NCBI RefSeq assembly: GCF_000009045.1
Contig: NC_000964.3
Span: 682,001-746,000, forward strand
Direction: 5' to 3'
DNA from: Bacillus subtilis subsp. subtilis str. 168
GTDB taxonomy: Bacteria > Bacillota > Bacilli > Bacillales > Bacillaceae
Length of the DNA stretch: 64,000 bases
Under the pieces are notes generated by a model. The model was not told the DNA's origin. It searched no databases and saw only the letters and a program-made list of their open reading frames with translations. A program made the translations under genes and the position numbers. Each line of letters starts with the position of its first letter. The stretch's first letter is position 1. Of this stretch, positions 56,995 to 64,000 are shown piece after piece.

Positions 56995-57951
56995 CTATGC
57001 TGATGGAACTGTTGGTTCTCTAAAACGATAATTGATTTCAATGGTTCCATTTGCATGTACTTCTATTTCATCTACTAACAAATGAAGCATTTCGGGGGTA
57101 AGTGTACCTTCCTTCATGAATTTATCTAAGCTCTTTTTAAAATCAATTATTTCTTTTTCAATCTTTTGAAATTCTAGGTCCTTAGATAGTTGGTGAAGGG
57201 TAGTTTCAAAATTTGAAATATCTTCATTGGTGATATTTATGGCTAATTGGTAATCTTCTTTAGATATAACACCATTAGCAAGAGAGATAACTAAATTGGA
57301 TTTATCTCTCTTTTTATCGTTTAATTTTTCATTAATTTCGATTATCTTAGATTCGATTTTTTCTTTGTACTTTAACGCTTTTTCACTTAATTCTTTAAAA
57401 TAATTTTCCTTACTGAATTTCAAATATATCTTATTTAGGTTGGTTATTACTTTATCAGTTAAATCTATTTCACTTACGTAATGATCACTACATGCTTTTA
57501 AACCATGTTTATTATAACTTCCACAAACATAACCTTTTCGATTCTTTTTAAAATGCATTGACCTCCTGCAATCTTTGCAAACCGCAGTATTTGTAAAGAG
57601 ATGTACTTCAGCTTGAGGTCTCCTTCTTTTTCTAGTTATTAAAATCTCTTGTACAATAAGAAAGTCTTCTAAAGGTATGATTGGTTCGTGGCTTTTTTCA
57701 ATAATTATTTGGTTTTCTAGGTTAACTGACCTTCTTCTTTTACTGGTAACACTCGGTCTATATTCTCTACATTGTTGTAGTGTCCCAGTATAGTGAGGAT
57801 TTTCGAGAATTTTTCTTATTGAAGATCCGTGCCATTTGTCAGTAGCGTTCTTTTTGCGGGCAAGCTGCGAGGGACTAGTGACCCCTTCGTTATACAATCC
57901 CCTTGCTATTGCATCAAAGCCTTTTCCAGCAATATATTCTGAAAAGATTCT
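56995..57951 (-). pseudogene. yefB: Large serine recombinase, C-terminal part only (recombinase domain, zinc ribbon, coiled coil)
   Basis: [49 protein letters not shown] and YVCGSY...C motifs. No N-terminal catalytic Ser domain; recognisable homology stops at about 57951. Confidence 0.85.
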
Positions 57952-58213
57952 AATATTTACTATTTTCTCTGCGTTTGCTGAATTTGAGAGAGATATGATT
58001 GTAGAACGAACTCAAGAAGGTAAAATGTTGGCCAAGCAGAATCCGGATTTCCGAGAAGGAAGACCCAAAAAGTTCACAAAGCAGCAAATCAATCATGCAT
58101 TAACATTACTAGAAAATCATTCGTATAAACAAGTTGAAGATATGACTGGGATATCAGTTTCTACACTTGTAAGAGCTAAAAAGAAGAAAGCTGCTGAAGC
58201 TATAAATGGATAA
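57950..58213 (+). pseudogene. yefC: Small serine resolvase/invertase, C-terminal part only (helix E, hinge, HTH)
   Basis: [29 protein letters not shown] and [10 protein letters not shown] motifs. Upstream of about 57950 the frame is just the antisense of yefB, with no YARVS-type catalytic motif. Confidence 0.85.
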
Positions 58214-58287
58214 ATATTGTGAATTAATTATTCAATATCTTGAGAAATTTTTATAAAAGTAATCAAAAGTTTAATGGGGGAAACGAA

Positions 58288-60927
58288 ATGGCGCTCATTG
58301 ATTTAGAAGATAAAATTGCTGAAATAGTGAATCGAGAAGATCATTCAGATTTCTTGTATGAATTACTCGGTGTATATGATGTTCCACGAGCTACAATTAC
58401 GCGCTTGAAAAAAGGAAATCAAAACCTTACAAAACGGGTTGGTGAAGTACACTTAAAGAATAAGGTGTGGTTTAAGGAGGCTAAGAAAGGAAAGCTCTTT
58501 GACGCCCTTATTGATATAGAACAACAAGTTGAATATCTTTCAGCTAAGCCACGATATTTATTAGTTACTGACTATGATGGAGTATTAGCGAAAGATACAA
58601 AAACATTAGAGGCTCTTGATGTTAAATTTGAAGAACTTCCTCAGTATTTCGATTTCTTCCTTGCTTGGAAAGGTATTGAGAAAGTAGAGTTTGAAAAGGA
58701 AAACCCCGCTGATATTAAAGCAGCCGAACGTTTTGCACGGATATATGATGTACTTCGTAAAGAAAACAATATTATTGAGACTAATAGAGGGTTAGATTTA
58801 TTTCTTATTCGTTTACTGTTTTGTTTTTTCGCAGAAGATACTGACATCTTCAAACGAAATAGTTTTACGAATTTAATTAAGACTTTGACTGAAGAAGATG
58901 GTTCAAATCTAAATAAATTATTTGCTGATTTATTTATCGTGTTAGATAAAAATGAACGAGACGATGTTCCATCTTATTTAAAAGAGTTTCCGTATGTAAA
59001 TGGCCAGTTGTTTACTGAACCACATACAGAGTTGGAATTTTCTGCCAAATCCAGAAAGTTAATTATTGAGTGCGGTGAATTATTAAACTGGGCTAAAATC
59101 AATCCTGATATCTTTGGTTCAATGATTCAAGCTGTTGCTTCTGAAGAAAGCCGTAGTTATTTAGGTATGCACTACACAAGTGTCCCCAATATAATGAAGG
59201 TTATTAAACCGCTTTTCCTAGATAAACTTAATCAGTCTTTTTTAGATGCATACGATGATTATACAAAACTTGAAAATCTTCTAACACGAATCGGCAAAAT
59301 TAAATTCTTTGATCCTGCATGTGGTTCAGGGAACTTTTTGATTATTACCTACAAAGAATTACGGCGTATGGAAATCAATATTATAAAACGACTTCAAGAA
59401 CTCTTGGGAGAGTATCTTTATGTACCTTCAGTAACTTTATCTCAATTTTACGGAATAGAGATTGAAGATTTTGCACATGACGTTGCAAAATTATCACTTT
59501 GGATTGCTGAACATCAAATGAATGAAGAATTAAAAAATGAAGTTCATAATGCAGTACGCCCAACGTTACCACTTCATACAGCAGGGGATATTCGTTGTGC
59601 AAATGCTATTAGGGTTGAGTGGACTGAGGTTTGTCCCGCACAAGGATCTGAAGAAGTATATGTTTTTGGTAATCCACCGTATCTTGGTTCAAAAAAACAA
59701 AACAAAGAACATAAATCTGATATGTTATCAATTTTTGGAAAAGTCAAGAATGGTAAAATGCTTGATTATATTTCTGCTTGGTTTTACTTTGGTGCTAAAT
59801 ACGCTTCAACTACAAATGCAAAAGTTGCCTTTGTATCAACAAATTCAGTTACTCAAGGGGAACAGGTTTCTATCTTATGGAATGAGTTATTCAAGTTTGG
59901 AATTCAAATCAATTTTGCCTATAAATCTTTTAAATGGGCGAATAATGCTAAAAATAATGCTGCGGTAATTGTTGTGATTGTAGGTTTTGGCCCGTTAGAT
60001 ACCAAAGTAAACAAGTATTTATTTGTTGATGAAACGAAAAAGCTAGTTTCTAACATTAGTCCCTATTTAACTGATGGTGAAAATATTCTTGTTTCTTCTA
60101 GGACGAAGCCAATTTCAGACTTACCCAAACTGCATTTTGGGAACATGCCTAATGATGGCGGAGGATTACTCTTTACCATTACGGAATATACAGACGCAAT
60201 CAATAAGTATCCTGAATTAGTTCCCTATTTTAAAAAGTTTATAGGTTCAGTAGAGTTTATTAATGGTGGTTTACGGTATTGTTTATGGCTTAATGAAGCA
60301 AAATATGAAAAAATAAAGTCTAATCCTCTAATACAAGAAAGAATCTCAATTTCAAAAAATCACAGGGAAAAATCAACAGATAAAGGAACGAATAAACTTG
60401 CATTAACTCCGTGGAAGTTTAGAGATACTCATGAAACAACTAATTATTCCATTGTTGTTCCATCTGTGTCTTCTGAAAATAGATTTTATATTCCAATGGG
60501 ATTAGCAGGTGCAGATACAATTTTGTCAAATCTAATTTATGTAATTTACGATGCAGAAATTTACCTTCTAGGCATTTTGATGTCACGGATGCATATGACT
60601 TGGGTAAAAGCTGTAGCCGGAAGATTAAAAACTGACTATAGGTACTCTGCAGGTTTATGTTATAACACTTTCCCTATTCCTGAATTATCAACAAGAAGGA
60701 AGAATGAAATTGAAGAAGCAATTCTTGAAATTCTTGATCTTCGTGAAGAGCAGGGTGGTACATTAGCAGAGCTTTATAACCCTTCAACAATGCCAATTGA
60801 ATTAAAAGTAGCACATGAAAAGTTGGATGGAATTGTAGAAAGAGCGTATCGTCAAAAACAATTTGAATCTGATGAAGAACGCTTAGAAGTATTGCTTAAA
60901 TTGTATCAAGAAATGACAGAACGGTAG
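58288..60927 (+). CDS. dnmA: MmeI-like N6-adenine DNA methyltransferase, 879 aa (yeeA)
   Basis: Motif I FFDPACGSGNF (~59305-59337) precedes motif IV GNPPY (59668-59682), the gamma-class order. HYTS, RMHMTW and YNTFP resemble MmeI-family segments. GGGGG RBS before ATG 58288. Confidence 0.92.
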   Translation: MALIDLEDKIAEIVNREDHSDFLYELLGVYDVPRATITRLKKGNQNLTKRVGEVHLKNKVWFKEAKKGKLFDALIDIEQQVEYLSAKPRYLLVTDYDGVLAKDTKTLEALDVKFEELPQYFDFFLAWKGIEKVEFEKENPADIKAAERFARIYDVLRKENNIIETNRGLDLFLIRLLFCFFAEDTDIFKRNSFTNLIKTLTEEDGSNLNKLFADLFIVLDKNERDDVPSYLKEFPYVNGQLFTEPHTELEFSAKSRKLIIECGELLNWAKINPDIFGSMIQAVASEESRSYLGMHYTSVPNIMKVIKPLFLDKLNQSFLDAYDDYTKLENLLTRIGKIKFFDPACGSGNFLIITYKELRRMEINIIKRLQELLGEYLYVPSVTLSQFYGIEIEDFAHDVAKLSLWIAEHQMNEELKNEVHNAVRPTLPLHTAGDIRCANAIRVEWTEVCPAQGSEEVYVFGNPPYLGSKKQNKEHKSDMLSIFGKVKNGKMLDYISAWFYFGAKYASTTNAKVAFVSTNSVTQGEQVSILWNELFKFGIQINFAYKSFKWANNAKNNAAVIVVIVGFGPLDTKVNKYLFVDETKKLVSNISPYLTDGENILVSSRTKPISDLPKLHFGNMPNDGGGLLFTITEYTDAINKYPELVPYFKKFIGSVEFINGGLRYCLWLNEAKYEKIKSNPLIQERISISKNHREKSTDKGTNKLALTPWKFRDTHETTNYSIVVPSVSSENRFYIPMGLAGADTILSNLIYVIYDAEIYLLGILMSRMHMTWVKAVAGRLKTDYRYSAGLCYNTFPIPELSTRRKNEIEEAILEILDLREEQGGTLAELYNPSTMPIELKVAHEKLDGIVERAYRQKQFESDEERLEVLLKLYQEMTER

Positions 60928-60938
60928 GTGTAAGGTGT

Positions 60939-62738
60939 ATGGAAAATATAATTGAAATTAATTATAACCAAACTGGTAAAAGTAAGAAAACAAATGAATA
61001 CGGTATGCGTGAAATGCAGGCAAGAGCTTTTGAAAAACGTAACTCACAATATCTCTTAGTTAAAGCACCGCCAGCTTCTGGGAAATCTAGAGCTTTAATG
61101 TTTATCGGTTTGGATAAGCTCATAAATCAAGGTTTGAGGAAAGTGATTGTTGCTGTACCTGAACGCTCTATAGGTTCTTCATTTAAAAATACGGATTTAA
61201 AAAGTTATGGTTTCTTTGAAAATTGGAAAGTTGATCCTAGAAATAATTTAACTGTTGGCGGAGATAACTCTAAGGTTAAATCTTTTGTTCGTTTTATGGA
61301 ATCGGACGATCAGGTGTTAATATGTACGCACTCTACTTTGCGATTTGCGTTTGAAAAAATTGATGATAAAGCATTTGATAATTGTTTACTTGCAATAGAT
61401 GAATTTCACCATGTATCGGCAGATGTCAATTCTCGATTAGGTGAATTGTTAAGAAGTATTATTCATAATTCATCAGCACATATTGTAGCGATGACTGGGT
61501 CGTATTTCCGTGGAGATTCTGTACCAATTTTATTACCAGAAGATGAGGAATTATTTGACAAGGTAACTTATTCCTATTATGAACAACTTGATGGATATGA
61601 ATATCTAAAGGGATTTGGTATAGGATATCACTTCTATCAAGGCCAGTACACATCAGCTATTAATGAAGTATTGGATACAAATAAGAAAACAATCGTTCAT
61701 ATTCCAAATGTAAACTCAGGGGAATCGACAAAGGATAAGTACGATGAAGTTGGTAAGATACTTGATATGATTGGTGAAGTTGAATATCAAGATGATGATA
61801 CTGGAATTATTTATGTTAAGCGACATTCTGACGGTAAAACATTGAAAATTGCAGATTTAGTAGATGACCAAGTTGGAAGAGAAAATGTCGTTGCGTATTT
61901 GCGTAATATTGAAGCCCTAGACGATTTAGATATAATTATTGCTCTTGGTATGGCGAAAGAGGGCTTTGACTGGCCGTTTTGTGAACATACTTTGACAGTT
62001 GGTTATCGTGGCTCACTTACAGAAATAGTACAAATAATTGGGCGCTGTACACGTGATAGTTACAATAAAACCTATGCTCAATTTACCAACCTAATCGCAA
62101 TGCCTGATGCAAAGGATGAAGTAGTGACTTATACAGTGAATACAATGCTTAAAGCTATTTCTGCCTCACTTTTGATGGAGCAGGTCCTTACACCTGACTT
62201 TAAATTTAAACGTAGAAGAAATGAAAGTGAAAAATCTTCTACTACAGGAGAATTATTCGTTAAGGGATTGAAAGAACCATCAACAGAAAATGTCAAAAAG
62301 ATTATTGAAAATGATATTAATGATTTAAAAGCAAAAATCATGCAAGATTCACAAGTCCAAAAAACATTTAGTGGAGAAGTAGATCCCAAAGTATTGAACA
62401 AAGTGTTGATTCCGAAAGTTATTCAAAAAGTATATCCAAATTTATCAGATGAGGAAATTGAGGAAGTTAGACAGCACGTTGTTCTAGATACAGTTATGAA
62501 AGGTGCTAAGTCTGAAGTTGTAGGAAGTAAAGAATTTATAAGAATGGCAGATAAGTTTATAAACATTGAGGATTTAGATATCAATCTGATTGATTCCATC
62601 AATCCGTTCCAAAAAGCATTTGAGGTTCTATCGAAAGAATTGAACTCACCAGTGCTAAAACTGATTCAGGAAACTATTGATGCAAAACGTATTAATTTTG
62701 ATGAAGATGAACTAGTATTCATATGGCCAAAGGTTTAG
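60939..62738 (+). CDS. yeeB: SF2 (DExH) helicase/ATPase, 599 aa, probably C-terminally truncated
   Basis: APPASGKS, IDEFHH, AMTGS, MAKEGFDWP and QIIGRCTR motifs; 11 bp after dnmA; ends at TAG 62736-62738. Confidence 0.9.
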   Translation: MENIIEINYNQTGKSKKTNEYGMREMQARAFEKRNSQYLLVKAPPASGKSRALMFIGLDKLINQGLRKVIVAVPERSIGSSFKNTDLKSYGFFENWKVDPRNNLTVGGDNSKVKSFVRFMESDDQVLICTHSTLRFAFEKIDDKAFDNCLLAIDEFHHVSADVNSRLGELLRSIIHNSSAHIVAMTGSYFRGDSVPILLPEDEELFDKVTYSYYEQLDGYEYLKGFGIGYHFYQGQYTSAINEVLDTNKKTIVHIPNVNSGESTKDKYDEVGKILDMIGEVEYQDDDTGIIYVKRHSDGKTLKIADLVDDQVGRENVVAYLRNIEALDDLDIIIALGMAKEGFDWPFCEHTLTVGYRGSLTEIVQIIGRCTRDSYNKTYAQFTNLIAMPDAKDEVVTYTVNTMLKAISASLLMEQVLTPDFKFKRRRNESEKSSTTGELFVKGLKEPSTENVKKIIENDINDLKAKIMQDSQVQKTFSGEVDPKVLNKVLIPKVIQKVYPNLSDEEIEEVRQHVVLDTVMKGAKSEVVGSKEFIRMADKFINIEDLDINLIDSINPFQKAFEVLSKELNSPVLKLIQETIDAKRINFDEDELVFIWPKV

Positions 62739-62861
62739 GAATTTTATCGTTCAACTGGTAGAAGACCTGATTCAAAATCTGAAGACCCACTTGAAAGGCG
62801 TATGGGTGAAGCTGTATTATACATGCAAGAGCTTAGGAGGAAACGTGAAAATGGCAAGTAA
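62739..62861 (+). pseudogene. In-frame continuation of yeeB beyond the TAG (40 codons, then TAA)
   Basis: Hand translation: EFYRSTGRRPDSKSEDPLERRMGEAVLYMQELRRKRENGK*. The TAA (62859-62861) overlaps the yeeC start region. Confidence 0.8.
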
Positions 62862-63999
62862 TAGATACCATTCTATTAATGAAATCATGGAAAGTCAGCT
62901 GTTTTACCAAATCACAACACCACCTAAGAAAACACAAAAAGCCCAGTATGATCCTGAAGTTGAAAAGTTTTTGGAGATTATTGAATTCGTCAAAGAAAAT
63001 GGGCGAGAACCCCAAAAAGTCCCTACTGATTTAACTGAAAGAAGTTTAGCAAGTCGATTAATTGGGATTCGGAAAGATCCTGATCGTATGGAATATTTGA
63101 AAGAGTATGATGAAATTGGATTACTTGAAGTAAGATCGAAGGAACTAACAATTCCTAAAATTTCTTCAATTGATGATATTCTAAAAAGTGGCTTATCTGC
63201 ATTATTAGGTGATAATTTAAATAATGATATAACTAGGTCAATTTTTGATACAAGTTCACTTCAAAAGGTTACGACAATGCCTGAATACGTTGCAAAGCGT
63301 AAAAAAATAAAAGATTTTGGAAAGTTTGAAGAGCTATTCAAGAAGTGCCACAAGGAAATTACAGAGGGTAAACGAAAAATTTTAACTTTCAAAAATGAAC
63401 AAGACATACAGTCAAATAGTTTTTATATATTAAAAGGAGTTCTTCTTTATGTTGAAGATGTGGGAGAACGTAAAAAAGCAAAGGGAAAAACCAATGCTAG
63501 ACTTCGATGTATATTTGAAAATGGAACGGAATCAGATATGTTACTACGTTCCTTATCAGCGGAGTTATATAAACATGGTAGACGTGTGACCGACAATGAA
63601 GATACATTGTTGGATAATGTTAGAGAAGATGATGTTTCGACTGGCTTTATTTACGTACTAAAATCTTTGAGTACAGATCCGCAAATTAGTTCCATTAAGA
63701 ATTTATATAAGATCGGTTTTACAACTGGTTCAGTAGAAAATAGAATCAGGAATGCAGAAAATCAATCAACTTATCTTTATGCTCCAGTAGAAATTGTAAC
63801 CACATATCAAGTGTTCAATATGAATGCTAGCAAATTTGAGACGGCAATCCATCATGCGCTAGCAAATAATAATTTGGATGTTTCTATTTTGGGGGCAAAT
63901 GGAAAGATGTTAGTTCCTAAAGAGTGGTTCGTTGTCACACTTGAAGATTTACAAGCTGTAATAGATGAGATTGTGATGATGGTTCATCTTTATGACTAA
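62851..63999 (+). CDS. yeeC: Protein with a C-terminal T5orf172/GIY-YIG-like nuclease domain, 382 aa
   Basis: AGGAGG (62835-62840) precedes ATG 62851; GFIYVLKS...LYKIGFTTGSVENRI...FETAIH motif. The ORF-track start at 62791 is too early. Confidence 0.88.
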   Translation: MASNRYHSINEIMESQLFYQITTPPKKTQKAQYDPEVEKFLEIIEFVKENGREPQKVPTDLTERSLASRLIGIRKDPDRMEYLKEYDEIGLLEVRSKELTIPKISSIDDILKSGLSALLGDNLNNDITRSIFDTSSLQKVTTMPEYVAKRKKIKDFGKFEELFKKCHKEITEGKRKILTFKNEQDIQSNSFYILKGVLLYVEDVGERKKAKGKTNARLRCIFENGTESDMLLRSLSAELYKHGRRVTDNEDTLLDNVREDDVSTGFIYVLKSLSTDPQISSIKNLYKIGFTTGSVENRIRNAENQSTYLYAPVEIVTTYQVFNMNASKFETAIHHALANNNLDVSILGANGKMLVPKEWFVVTLEDLQAVIDEIVMMVHLYD

Positions 64000-64000
64000 A

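Larger units (their letters stand above)
56960..64000. mobile_element. AT-rich genomic island beginning at the 3' end of rlmCD; left boundary approximate, right end outside the window
   Basis: Spot counts: 32/60 GC in line 56401 versus 12/60, 17/60 and 12/60 in lines 57301, 59881 and 62281. Begins with a serine-integrase remnant and carries restriction-like cargo. Confidence 0.85.

Noticed and set aside
56960-64000. Calling the island a prophage or an active ICE
   Set aside because: No phage structural, replication or conjugation genes in the window, and both recombinases lack catalytic domains.

Overview
This window is Bacillus subtilis chromosomal DNA; gene content and order match my recollection of the strain 168 ydjP-yeeC region. 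About 57 kb is core genome: the SigW-type yeaA-ydjP unit, cotA, gabP, mneS, a MoxR/DUF58/transglutaminase trio, guaA, pbuG and the 12-gene pur operon (each of the last two with PurBoxes and a guanine riboswitch), yezC/yecA, yerABCD, pcrB-pcrA-ligA-yerH, yerI, sapB, opuE, gatCAB, yerO/swrC, dgkB and rlmCD. The last ~7 kb is an AT-rich island starting at the 3' end of rlmCD. It carries two decapitated serine-recombinase genes fused head-to-head and a three-gene methyltransferase-helicase-nuclease module (yeeA/dnmA, yeeB, yeeC). Main observations: (1) yeeB appears cut by a premature TAG, since the frame stays open 40 more codons, overlaps the yeeC start, and encodes a motif repeated in the YeeC N-terminus; this suggests a restriction-like defence system disabled by one base. 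(2) A ~175-bp structured repeat occurs three times with compensatory base changes, always abutting a hairpin, and in two copies is flanked by a duplication of that hairpin. (3) The guaA leader has a promoter, mutually exclusive stems and a terminator, resembling an attenuator. No tRNA, rRNA or CRISPR array was seen. Gene names and literature links are from memory, not database searches.
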